Source: Felis catus (Eukaryota). From it: a stretch of 64,000 nt of DNA. The notes below the pieces were generated by a model. The model was not told the origin of the DNA. It made no database searches and saw nothing but the letters and a program-made list of their open reading frames with translations. Positions within the stretch are counted from its first letter, which is position 1; each line of letters opens with the position of its first letter. The stretch covers positions 101,186,001 to 101,250,000 of the forward strand of contig NC_058368.1 of the NCBI RefSeq assembly GCF_018350175.1, in the 5' to 3' direction. A program made the position numbers and the translations under genes. Below, piece after piece: positions 50,966-63,209 of the stretch.

Positions 50966-52489
50966 AATCAAATCTGTACTTCTGTCCCTCAGTGGTGATC
51001 TTGATCATGAAATTAGGCACCAGGCAAGCCCTTAGGCTGAGCCTATGGTAGGGAGAAAACTCTCTTGCAGCTTCGCTCCTGAGCTGCTGTTACTATTTTT
51101 TTCTTTCTAGATGAGTATCTCCCCATCCCGCTTCCAAAATGCTAAGAGAGAAGAAGTATATTTTTTAGGAAAGGGTAGTGCAGGGTAGATGCTGGAGTGG
51201 GGTGGGGGCCTGGGGAGCATCAAGAAACACACACTTCTGTTTCTGGAATCAAAGTCACCAGCAGGTCCTGGAACTTTCCATTCTTTTTGTCTAGCACTCC
51301 CTCTAGTGACACCAGAATCCTCTCGTGTTATAATTGGACACATGGCAGAAAGTGACAACCATCTTTAAGAAGGCATCACATGCTACAAGTTTAGAAAAAG
51401 GAGTGATTGCTTTCATTTAGAGGTAACGCATGACCTGGGATCGAAATGCCCAGAGTATAAGAGAAAGTATTACACTTGCTGGGACCTGGAAAGAAAGAAA
51501 ATTAGGTTAATAAAGTGTTAACCATTGTAACTGAGATTCTGACTTTATAAAGAGGAGTCATGGGGGATAAGTGTGAAAAGGAACCAAATTTCAGGATCCA
51601 TGGAAGGCCAGGTCAAGGATAATGGAGAGCCAATAATCTGTGTTCTGTTCTGAGATTTAGTGCTTTGTCCTCTGACTTCTGAGGATCGTGGGCCCGACCT
51701 CATTCATCCCCCATCCACCAGGCAGGAATGTATGCAAACTGTCCTAGGCAGATGCATGTTTCTCCAGTGATCTCAAGGCTCTGTAGGAAAGAAAGTACCA
51801 TTGGATCATGGGCTGCCTCCAAATCCATGCTTTGGGTCTGTATCTGAGCCTTCTTCATTTGTGCATGGGAAAAAGTTACATAAAATTGGGCACTGATAAC
51901 ATGTGGCCACGCCCAAATGCCAACTTGAACATGGAAAACAAGGTTTCACAGACTTAACTCAAAATGCCTCTCATGTCTATGCAGAGAAAAAGTGGCCAAC
52001 TTAATTCTGTTTTGATTTTCCCTGATGTGTGACTTGATCTGTGGGCTGGATTTCCAGAGTCACAGTTATGCCAAACCCCATTAGTGCTTAAGGCATACTC
52101 ATGCCCAAATATGGATGTCTCGTGTTTTGTGTTGACCATGTGCCTGGGCCCAACTGTCCAATCCAGGACAGACTCCTCGCCAGGGCTCTAACAGACACAA
52201 CATAGACAAGCATTATGTGATGTATAAACAATTTTGCCTGAAATGACAGCATGTGAATAGCTCAGCTGGTAAATTTGTGAGCAGGGAGTATGATGTAGCC
52301 TGTGAATGGCGGCTCCTAAAATTGCGTTCTGGTTGTTTCCTGCAAGCTTTCATCTCAGCCTGCAGAACCAGGATAAGGAGGTGCTGGACTCCTCTTTGGG
52401 GCTCGTCAATTCCATTGTCTTCAAGACAGAAAACGATAAGGAATAATATGATAGAAAGGAGACTAGAGACTAAAAAAGAAGATACAGAA

Positions 52490-52670
52490 AAGGAAGGAGG
52501 GAAGGAGAGAAGATGGGAAGGAGGGAGGGAGGAAGGGAAGGGAAGGGAAGGGAAGGGAAGGGAAGGGAAGGGAAGGGAAGGGAAGGGAAGGGAAGGGAAG
52601 GGAAGGGGGGGGGAAGGAAGGAAGGAAGGAAGGAAGGAAGGAAGGAAGGAAGGAAGGAAGGAAGGAGAAA
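52490..52670. repeat. Polypurine (GGAAG)n then (GGAA)n
   Basis: Seen directly. Confidence 0.95.
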
Positions 52671-54239
52671 CAGACTCAGGATGAAGGAAATAGAATGGAA
52701 GTAGGAGAGAGGGAAGCGGGAATGGAGAGGAACAAAGAAGAACTTAGGTAGGAGCAGAAATAAGGAAACCCCCTAGGACTTAGGAGAGTCAAGCAGGGCT
52801 CACCACCTGTTGAACGTGGCCTCCATTACAGGAGATGTTTCAGGAGAACTTTGGAGAACCCACAAATTCCATAGCATTGAGAAAGGCTGGCTGGATTGTG
52901 TTCTTCCTTCCCACCCCTCTAGTGTGGTTACGTGTAAATCACTCCGATCCAATGGAATATCTGCCAGTGTTGACCTAAGAGGATCAATATCCAACCCTGT
53001 GCTAAGTACGGATATTTGTACTGGGTTTAAATGCAGGGCTTCTAGAACGGCAGTCTGGATGTCTACTTCATGATGTTGCTGGCCTGGGTATAGTTCAGCT
53101 CCACAGTACCAGAGAAATTAGAGAAATTAGTCAGAGAAATTAGTCAGAGATAGTCAATATCTATGTATTATTTGTGTGTGTGTTGGGGAGAGGGTTATTT
53201 GGATTATTTCTCCTTTCCCTAAGCCATGCCCCCCAAATGTCTCAATATTTAATGTTGCCTGATACATGTATGAGTGAAGTTGTCTCCTGTAAAGTTTTAT
53301 ATCTGCCTACTAAGGTCCACATTCATTTACCCGTTTACTCAAACAAACGGTATTGACCACTGAATATTTATTTCTCTGTACTGGTTGGTCAGTGTTCACA
53401 GGGGAAAAGCTCTCAGCTTTCATAGACTTGCACGCTAGCTAGCTTGGGTTCCAGGTCGCTTCTTTCTACTTCCATTACTTAGTCATATAGACTCTTTTAC
53501 TACGTAGAGACCTTCCCCAAATAATTCTGTTGCATCTTTAAAATCTCGTAAAATTATTCCTTCCAGCTTCACCATGCAATATTTGTTCTTTTACAGTTTC
53601 GGTGGTGGGGGTGGGGGGAGTGGTTCAGTCAGCAGTTGGGGCTGATGATGGGCTCTCCTCACTAAGTGTGCGGTGTTTATCTCTCCAGAACTTCTTTCCT
53701 CATCTATAAAATGGGTATGAGGAAAAGTTTAAATGAAATAGGCCCATAGGGTCCTTTGCCCGTGACTGGTCCTACTAAGAATCCAAAGATACCTCCCCTC
53801 ATTCCATCTGAGTGTGGGATAGTCCGAGATGGCATAGTCATCTGAATGATGCAAGAAAAATATGGACAAGCTAGAGCACTGGGCTGAAATTACCAACAAG
53901 GACTTAAACAGGATTGCTCATAAAATCTCCTCTTAAATGAAAAATAATTATTTAAATTCCAATCGATGAAAGGGGCTCCACAGTGGTGAGAGGCTCTATG
54001 AGCATCAGTTGTTTAAAGTCAATGATCCTTGGATAGGGCTTGCCACTAATCACTGGAGAGCTCCTGGGTGCCATTTATAGATGATGATTCCAGAAAAGAG
54101 AAGTAAGTTAGGTCACGGCACCCCTAAATTATGGCATATGTTATTGTGCTGAGGTCTGAAAAAGTGCGAACAAACTAAAAACATTCAGAGGAGGGAGAAC
54201 CAGTGGGTACAGGATCTGGAAGCCTGCTCTTCTGGAAAA

Positions 54240-54405
54240 CAGTATAGCACATTATGAATAGCATGGGCTTTGAAAGCAGAAGGATAGAACTAGATTCTCC
54301 CCCTAGATGCCCCTCTTACTAAATGAGTCATCTTGAATAAGCTATTTAACATCTCTAATTTCTTCATCTTTACAGGGGATATATATGAAATGAGATAATG
54401 TATTA
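54240..54405 (+). mobile_element. MIR relic
   Basis: agcatgggctttgaa...tcttgaataagctatttaacatctct...ttcttcatctttaca. Confidence 0.7.
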
Positions 54406-54407
54406 TA

Positions 54408-56080
54408 TTTATTAAGGTTAGCTCAATTGCTATTAAGGTAGGTCTACCAAGGTAAGACCTACTAACAAACAACTGACTTCTCAGTGACCCACTGCAATTA
54501 AAATTCATTCCTTGCCCATATCACGGTCACATGTAGGGTACTGCCTTCCATGGGCTCATTCAGGGACCTGGGATCCTTCCACCTTATAGCTGCACCTGAT
54601 GATGAGGAGAGAGGCCATTTTCTTTTTGACCCCTTCAGTGGGGAAGTGACACATATCATTTCCAGAAATATTCTGTTGTCAGGAATTCAATCCTGTAGCC
54701 ACACCTAACTTCAAGGGATTCTGAGGAGTATTTATGCTCTGTGCCCAGGAGGAAAGGGAACGAAGTTTGGTGAACATGCAGTGGTGATGGTGACTGCCAC
54801 AGTTCAGCCTGTGGTCACTGGTTACCCACCTCCTCCTTCTTTCACACTCCCCTCTTTCCCAAAGGAGACGACTCCAAATCCCACCCAGTGAGAGCATCTG
54901 GCTTGGAGTCCAGGATCTCTGGAATGTCTCATCCTTTCTGTCAGTTCTAGAAGAGACTCCTCATGGTCTCGTGCTCTGTGAAAACCCTCTGTCCATTGTT
55001 CTCCACTGGGGTGCTCTGGCTTCACCGTCTGAGACCTTGCCGTGCCCCTTCACCTCCATGAGCGCCCCTAAACTGGGCATTGACAAGTATCCCTTGCAGG
55101 GTGTTGGGCTTCCCGGTGGTGTTAAGTTCAGGGGCCTGAAGGATGTTTAATAGTTAAGCAATTCAAATACTTTTGTGTTTTGGACCCAGGCTCAGAGTTT
55201 CTTTGGCCACAGAACGATCTCAGAAGCCTATGAGGCTTCTGATCTCTTTGCTTCCTGACTGATGCTGTTAACCTTGTGCTGGTAACCCACGCACAGAATT
55301 TTCTTATGTATTATTTTCAGAGTTTCGTATTTCTTCACTTTATGTCCCACGCCTCTCTTAATTAAATGGCAGCTTCCCTGAAGTTTCCACATAAGTGGTG
55401 CCATATACCTTTAATCTGGCTTATGCTCCAGGACTGAGTCACTTTGTTCAACGGGGGAGTCTTGCTGGGTCCTTCTCACCAAAGCGTTCTTCAGTTTAAT
55501 CTCGTACCCTTTGGGACCTGGAAGCAATTGACCTTTCCAACCTTGTGAGGTCCTTGATCCCTGGACTTTCTCTATTCCCTCCAACCTTGCTTGAAAGCGG
55601 GCCGATTCCTTCCTGAGCCTTTGTCTTTCTTGCAGTGCCTTGCTAAAGCCAGCTAGCGGCCAATGCACGCCACCACTCTGAGCCTTTCTATCCTTTCTGG
55701 GGCCTCTAGAACTGGCTCTGAAGTCACTACCACACATTTCAGGGTTTTGTTATGGTGGCATATGACTTCCACGGTATTAGTTGGGGCAACACGGGCCGCT
55801 GTGACAGATAAAGTTCCAATTCTCAGTGGCTTCACACAGGAAAATCTACTTCTTAGTCGCACCCCCAGTCTCTTGCAAGTGTCATGGTGGCTGTCTCTGC
55901 ACGGGGCCACCTGCTGCCTCCGTCTTTTTTGCCCCCACCCAACCCTAGGACTCCAGAGTCCTCTCCATCGTTCAGGCAGATGGCCAAGGCATCTTAGTAC
56001 AACGGGGAAGACAGTCCCACTCCTGACGACACTCACAACACGCAGTCCATATTGGTTGCTGGTTTCAGTTACCACATCCT
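54408..56080 (-). mobile_element. Ancient MaLR provirus (MLT1J/K-like): LTR ~54408-54800, internal ~54801-55772, partial LTR ~55773-56080
   Basis: First LTR ends ctgtgcccaggaggaaaggg...tttggtgaac...ctgccaca. MLT-internal motifs cccaaaggagac...gagtccaggatctct and cacatttcagggttttgtta. Second LTR starts gtattagtt...gctgtgacag...tctcagtggctt. Confidence 0.7.
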
Positions 56081-56323
56081 TTGAAAACAATTGATAAAGG
56101 ACATGGTATGTGGTTTTAGCCTGAATTAAAGACTTAGGGACAACATGAGAACAGTTGTCACATGCAGTGTAAACGAGGAATCGGGCTAATTCCCCGTAGC
56201 CCCAGAGGGCAAAACGGGGAGCGGCGGGCGAATGTGACAGATTTCCACGTAAGGTAAGGAGAACTTTCTTATAATTAGGGATGAGTCCCCAAAGGCAGTC
56301 CCGCTTTGAAGCTAGCAGGTGCT

Positions 56324-56529
56324 GGGGTGCCTGGGTGGCTCAGTCGGTTGAGCCTCCGACTCTCAATTTCTGCCCAGGTCATGATCCCACGGTTCATGAG
56401 TTTGAGCCCCTTGTCAGGCTGCATGCTGACAGCACGGAGCCTGCTTGGGATTCTCTCTCCTCTCTCTACCCCTCCCCTATTCTCACATTCCCTCTTTCTC
56501 TCTCTCTCAAATAAATAAACATAAAAAAA
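56324..56529 (+). mobile_element. Can-SINE
   Basis: TSD tagcag(g/c)tgct. Confidence 0.93.
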
Positions 56530-56790
56530 TAGCAGCTGCTGGGGTCTGGGAGTGCAAAAGCAGTGGCCAGTGCCGCATATCTCGGAGGGAAGATTCCTGC
56601 TTCAGGGACCCCTTCCAATGGTGGGACTCCCGAGGCCTCTTGCAACACAAATATTTCATTTTCTGTTTCTGAGACAGTGGACAGAAGGGACTTTGATGGT
56701 TGATATCTCCAGCAGCGTGTTGGCCTCTGAGATGATCTCTCCTAAGCTAGTAACTACAGTTGCTGCCTTTGGAAGAGTCCACTCCGTCTT

Positions 56791-56833
56791 TGTTCATCCC
56801 CTGTTGGGAAAATGTTCATCCCCTGTTGGGAAA
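56791..56833. repeat. Direct tandem duplication, period 22
   Basis: tgttcatcccctgttgggaaa at 56791 and 56813. Confidence 0.9.
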
Positions 56834-56959
56834 TTTCCAGGCGAGCCTCTTGAGCCCCATGGTGCATTTGGTCATGGCAGGAAATGGATTGTATCTTATC
56901 CCCCCACCCAACCCCCAGTCGTTGAGGCCTGGGCCTGGGCGGTATCCTGGAACCTTCCG

Positions 56960-57130
56960 TTTCACTCACTGACGCATCTGACCCACCACCAAGTACTTGC
57001 TCTTCCCTTTCCTAATGCTCTGCAACTCCATCCACTTCCATTCATCCTCGCTTCCGTCACCCTAGAACAGGCCACTGCCAGCTCTCACCAGCTTCCCTCT
57101 GATTCGGTTTTCACTCGGGAGCCAGGCTAA
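56960..57130 (+). mobile_element. LINE-2 relic
   Basis: caccaagtacttg...ctccatccacttc...ccctagaacaggccac. Confidence 0.5.
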
Positions 57131-58291
57131 GCCTTTCCATACGCGCCCTCAGCGTAAGCTGTGGTCCCCGTCAGCGGTGCGAGAACTTTAGAGGGCTTGA
57201 TTTTTCCTGACCACTTTTCTCTCCATTTCGATGGCCCATCCTTCCTGGCTGAGATAGCACCTTATCCTCAGGTACGCTTGAGGGTTTCCTGGCCTCCCGG
57301 AATTGGCGGTCTTAGGGCATCATACAGACGTTCTCCGGAATGAATATTGCCCACACCGCTCTGCCCTCTGGGCTCTTGCTGCTCAAAGTGTGTCCCCATA
57401 TCCCCACTGTTCTAACACCTGCTAACCACCCGCTTTCTCTCCAACTCCAAAGGAATCGATTATTCTAAGCTGGAGGGACGCCCCCATCCTCATTTGCCTT
57501 CTCCCTCCAGACCCTCTAGGCTTCTTTTTACAAATCTCCAGGCTCCGCTGAGTGCTTACTTAGGCTTTTGCCAATAAAAGCCAGAAATTTTTGCAGGGTG
57601 GATCTTCTTACTACCCTGCAACCAACCCACCTCTCCTGGTGTAACAGGAAACAGTCAGATATCTGTCATAAAAGGAGAAGGATCAAGAGGAAAATGCTAG
57701 GAAGACGAAAGAAAGCTTAAACTCCTATTTCAAAATATTCTCAGACCCCATGGGCCAATCTGTTTGTGTCCCGTCCCCACTTAATTGATTCCTTTTGCCC
57801 TTGGGATCAATTTCAGGTGGTCTCTTATGGTCTTGGGGGCCTCTGCGTGACGTCATCCCTGCCCACCTCTGTGGCTCCTCTTACCCTTGTCCCTTCTGTC
57901 CCAGGCACCCTGGCCGGTCCTCCCCGCCTGCTGTAAACCCAGCCTGGGGTCTCCCAATTCACTGGTCCCTGGCCGGAAATGCTCCCCCCTCACCTGGCCC
58001 CTCCCTCCCCTGGCCAACTGCGAGCAGGCTCCAGGTGTGGGTTACAGCACACACTCCGACAAGATTTGATCCCTTATTCTGGGCCCTCACAGCAGCCCCT
58101 GAGCTTCTCCTTCCCCTCCGCCGTGTGCGAAACGGTGCGTTGTGGTCCTTGTTCAAGGTCAATGTAAGTTCCTAAGGCTAATGGTGCTGAGCGTGGTAAC
58201 ACAGGGCCTGGGCCTGGGGGGTTGATAAGCACTCCAGTAATGCCTTAGAGAGCCATCTTACTACCAGTAACACAGTGCACCTAAGGGCTGT

Positions 58292-58392
<101 letters not shown>

Positions 58393-58762
58393 CTTCTGGC
58401 CTATCTGTGCCCTGCCCCCTTCTTTACCCCCTATGGAGCTATAAATAAGGATTTACATTGAAACCAAGCCCTTTTAGGAAGCGTTTTCCAGACACTGTTG
58501 GACTCATCCTTGCTAGAGACTTACTTTTCATTCAGAATACTCTCATGTTCATTCTAGGACTTCTTCCTACAAACGTCTCCACGGTCTATTTTTCTGTGGC
58601 AGCAGAGGAGGGAGGGGGGAGCCCGCATTTTTGTTCACAGAAGCCACGGACCCTAGAGTGGCAGGGCTCTGGGAGCAAGCATGTTGAAGCTCGACTATTT
58701 TTAGGGAGTGTACATTTGTTTTTAGCACGTTGGGAGCCTGTTGCAGAGATCTCTGCTGTATG

Positions 58763-58769
58763 AAAGGAA

Positions 58770-58845
<76 letters not shown>

Positions 58846-58892
58846 GAAAAGAAAGAAAAGAAAGAAAAGAAAAGAAAAAGAAAAAAAAGAAA
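58763..58892. repeat. (GAAA)n / (GAAAA)n microsatellite
   Basis: Seen directly. Confidence 0.97.
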
Positions 58893-59676
58893 CAGGAAAT
58901 GAAAAAGTCAGCAGACAGAGGGTCAGACAAAGTTCCAAAGGCTTCCAACATCAATATTTTTTTTAAGGGAGAAAAAAGCCAACTTTTTTTTAATGAAAAG
59001 AAAACCCTGTTTTATTAACTGATGATAGCTTTATGACAGTTGTGTGATCTGGTCTATAATTTCTAAGTCATTCTTGAATTTGTCCCTCTGGAATCTCCCT
59101 TACAGTTGCTCAGAAAGGAAATCTCAGAAGCATGATTTCTGGGCTGCAAAGTGCCAGCCAGGGCTGGGGGCACAGTTCTCTTCACATGGCCAAGCAGCTG
59201 TGAGACGTGTGCACGAAGACATTCCCACACCCTGGTGCCACACCCTCCTAGGGAACTCGCTAACATCATAGTGCAAAAACAAAGTAAAATTGCTCTTGTC
59301 CCACCACATAAATAATCCTTTAATACTGTTCCAGGAGAAATTGTCTCTGTTTTTCTTTTTTCTCTTCCCGTCTTTAATGAGTTCCCTTTAGGCTGAATGA
59401 AGCCCTAGATATTTGCAGAATGGGACACTGAAAATCCTGTATTTGAAAAAGAACAATGCAGTCGTCTTAAGTTGTGGTTTTCCTAAAAATAAGGCCGTTT
59501 GGAAGAGAGAATCCTCTGAAATTATGAAGGTATACATTGCAACCGCGAGGTCATTTCTTCTCTGATGGCAGATGGGTGAGTGGTCTCTATGGCAGGGAGA
59601 AAATTCTACTTAAATAAAATAATTATGGACTTGAAAGAGTCTTGTATATAAAGATAAAAAGTGCACTAGGATTTTA

Positions 59677-59890
59677 GGGGGCGCTTGAGCAGCTCGGTCA
59701 GTTGAGCCTCCCACTTCGGCTCAGGTCATGATCTCTCCGTTTGGGAGTTCGAGCCCCACATCGGGCTTGCTGCTGTTACCCTATCAGTGCAGAGCCTGCT
59801 TCTGGATCCTCTTTACCCCTCCCCCTCTGCCCATCTCCTGCTGGCTCTCTCTCTGTCTCTCAAAAAATAAATAAAAACATTGAAGAAAAA
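59677..59890 (+). mobile_element. Can-SINE
   Basis: TSD tgcac(t/c)aggatttta. Confidence 0.92.
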
Positions 59891-59899
59891 AAATGCACC

Positions 59900-60520
59900 A
59901 GGATTTTACTCTCACTTCTGAAAATTTATCTAATGAAAATCCTAAGGTTGGAGAAAGCTTTATTCACAAAGATACCCAATGTAATTTTATTTAAAAGAGG
60001 AAAACAATCTAATGCCTTTAGGTAAATCATTTGCTTAATGCTATATTGTGCAACTATTTAAAATAAGGGGTATGGGGAATTAATAAAGGCATGGGAAGTT
60101 ATGTTATAATGTTAGAGTGTAAATTAAAAAAAATTTTATGTATATTTAATTTTGAGAGAGAGAGAGAGAGAGAGAACATGAGCATGAGCAGGGGAGGGGC
60201 AGAGAGAGAGGGAGACACAGAATCGGAAGCAGGCTCCAGGCTCTGAGCTCTCAGCACAGAGTCCGATGCGGGACTCAAACCGTGAATTGTGAGATCATGA
60301 CCTGAGCCCAAGTCAGACGCTCAACTGCCTGCCACCAAGGCACCCCCAATGTAAAATTTTAAATACGGTGGGCCTGCAAACATTTACAACCCAACAATTA
60401 TGAATAGTGAAAAGAACAGACCCAGATTTACTAACATCGCAACTTGTTGCTATTTGAGGAGTTTGGATTTGAGGTACTTTTTCCTTCTGCTTCCTTGTAG
60501 TAGGTATGCAGTGTTCCAAT
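59900..60520 (+). mobile_element. Very old L1M-type relic interrupted by a SINE
   Basis: AT-rich cacttctgaaaatttatcta...aatgctatattgtgcaactattt...tataatgtta resembles old L1 3' regions. Confidence 0.45.
60128..60347 (-). mobile_element. Can-SINE
   Basis: Consensus body. Confidence 0.93.
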
Positions 60521-60561
60521 GAAGGGGAAAAAAAAAAAAAAACAAAACAAGTGTGCTTTTC

Positions 60562-60784
60562 AGGATGCCCGGGTGGCTTAGTCAGTTAAGCGTTAGACTC
60601 TTGATTTTAGCTCAGGTCATGATTTCACTGTTGGTGAGGTCGAGCCCCACATCAGCCTCTGTGCTGGCAGTGTGCAGCCTGTTGGGATTCTCTCTCTCTC
60701 CCTCTCCCCCGTCTCATGCCCGCTCTCTCTCTCTGTCTCTCTCTGTCAAAATAAATAAATAAAAATTTTTTAAAAATTAAAAAA
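60562..60784 (+). mobile_element. Can-SINE
   Basis: Consensus body. Confidence 0.92.
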
Positions 60785-60900
60785 CTTTACTTTTCCAATA
60801 AAGAATTATCTTAGCCTGATCTTTTCTTCCACTCATCCGCTGTAGGTACTTGGCAGTGAAGAGAAATTAAGTGAATCATTTTAAATTCTCATCTTCCATG

Positions 60901-61120
60901 GGGGCGCCTGGGTGGCGCAGTCGGTTAAGCGTCCGACTTCAGCCAGGTCACGATCTCGCGGTCCGGGAGTTCGAGCCCCGCGTCAGGCTCTGGGCTGACG
61001 GCTCAGAGCCTGGAGCCTGTTTCCGATTCTGTGTCTCCCTCTCTCTCTGCCCCTCCCCCGTTCATGCTCTATCTCTCTCTGTCCCAAAAATAAAATAAAA
61101 CGTTGAAAAAAAAATTTTTT
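60901..61120 (+). mobile_element. Very young felid SINE (SINEC_Fc)
   Basis: Intact A/B boxes and CpGs; perfect TSD (tttt)AAATTCTCATCTTCCATG ending at 60900 and 61140. Confidence 0.97.
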
Positions 61121-61516
61121 TTAAATTCTCATCTTCCATGTATTGCTGTCTAGTTATAAAGTTAAAGGGTAAAAGTTAACAATAGAAATATCATAAAAGA
61201 TGTACTTCTATTCTTGAAATAGTGCATGCCTACTTATTTTTCAAAAGAAGAAAAATCTTATTGGTAGTTTACATCTGGGGTAAGAGTTCCATGTGACATG
61301 TTCACTGGGGGAGGAATTTCCTGCCTAGTTAACTTTATCTGGTGTCTCACGTGTAGACTGATGAAACAAGTTTAGCCAGAATAATTATAGTAAAAATCAT
61401 AACAATAATAGCACCAAATCCCCAAATGTCTTTTGTTCCTAAGCAGATAATTTCCAAGCAGTTTCTATATAGCTCTTCATGAAGTGTCACAAAATCTTTA
61501 GAATTGCTTCCATTTT

Positions 61517-61733
61517 GGGGTGCCTGCGTGGCTAGTCCTTTAAGCTACCAACTTAAGCTCAGGTCACGATGTCACGGTTCGTGAGTTCGAGCCCCGCGTC
61601 GGGCTCTCTGCTGACAGCTCAGAGCCTGGAGCCTGCTCCAGATTCTGTGTCTCTTTCTCTCTCTGCCCCTCCCTCGCTCCTGCTTTGTGTCTCTCTCAAG
61701 AGTAAATAAACATTAAAAAAAAATTCTTTTTAA
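61517..61733 (+). mobile_element. Can-SINE
   Basis: TSD AGAATTGCTTCCATTTT. Confidence 0.95.
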
Positions 61734-63209
61734 AGAATTGCTTCCATTTTATAGGTGGAAAGAGGAAATCTTCGTATGTATGTTATCAGGCTTTGGGAAG
61801 AATGTCATTTGTAAGAGCACCATCTAATTTTTTTCTAAATAACATGCGCACATGTAACCCAAACATGTTGTTACCACATTATAGAAACAGAACATATTTG
61901 GTTTTGATAACTGACCACATTAAAAGAATTGAGAGTCACATTGGTGAAGATGTAGGCATACGTAGGAAAGCTGCAAACTTCCAGCAAAATTAGGGAGAAT
62001 CTTGAGTAATTCAACCCCATAAGGAATGAGTCCTATCTACTCTCAACTTAGCTGTTGATAAGTTAGAAGTCTCATTTTGTGCAGCTGAAATGTTCTTTCA
62101 AACTTGGCTGATTTGAACATAAGGTTGTGAAATCCTTTGGACTCAGGCATCATTTACCTTTTTCTTTAGAATAAAATAAGATAGTTAAACATAGCTCACT
62201 TTGATAGGAATTGTATCCACGATTGTGTACTTTCATTTGAGATCAACATGGACCGAGGGAATTGCAGGATAATAACTAAGTAAGAATTTGGTGCAAAGCC
62301 TCTCTTAAGAAGATGATCTTGGGTTAAGGCCACCCTTCTCCCTGATGGTTATGACAATGTGAAGGGAAGGAACAAGCAAGTGCCTCTTGAATGTGTGATC
62401 CGGAATCATTGGGAGGAATAAAGGGGATAGCCTGGTGCGGGTCAGAGCGGCGGGGGGTGCTCAAGAAAGAGAAGCATCTGGTATCAGGCTAGATACATCA
62501 ATTTCTAAACCACGTCTCCCCCTCACATTCTCTAAGAAACAGCCATTTCTGCTTCATGACTTGTGTGCCCTCCAGACTGAAGGCAGAGGGCTGGACTCTT
62601 TCATCCCCTGAGATCCCTTTACCCTTTAAACCCTGCAAAGCTGACCCTGGCTTCTTTCCCTGTCAATGCCACTGTCAAACACCTGGCAGAGACGGTGCTC
62701 TTAGGGGCCTATTTTTTGACTCCCGGGATGGGAGAAAACAGTCACACGTGTTGAACAACGTGTGGGAATGCCTTGGTTTTGTTCGTCTGACTGAGACCTA
62801 GAATGGCAGGGGTGGCTGGATGCTGATGCATTTCCGAACGATCCCAGAAGTCTTTGTCCATGTGGCCCTGCTACAGTTTGGGGGGGTTGTAGTTCTTCTT
62901 TTCCTCGTCATCCTTGCACTCTTGAGGTGGAGCTTCTCCCAGATGGAACAGAGTCAGAAGCAGTGGCAGCAGGGAGGACCATGGGGTGGCTCCCAGCACA
63001 TTTAGAATATCTCCCAATCCTACTTCCCAACATAGATCCAAGGATTTTTGAAGTCGACGAAATAGACCCCACATGGGGAAGAATTACTGGACAGCCTGAT
63101 CCCTAAGTTCACCATTTTCCTCAGCTCTTCCAGGACCCATCCAAAAGTTTGCCATGCCTGCCCCTTGGTCTTTGCCCATCAAAAATCTCCCCTAACTTGA
63201 AGACCCAAT

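Noticed and set aside
52253..52704. Charged E/G/R/K-repeat ORFs (also 58567-58966 and 38504-38836)
   Set aside because: Translations of simple repeats.
53109..53155. agagaaatt(agtc) repeated 3-4 times
   Set aside because: Ordinary short slippage duplication.
60901..60985. tRNA-like sequences with A/B boxes (here and in all SINE heads)
   Set aside because: They are heads of tRNA-derived Can-SINEs, followed by (CT)n, poly-A and TSDs.
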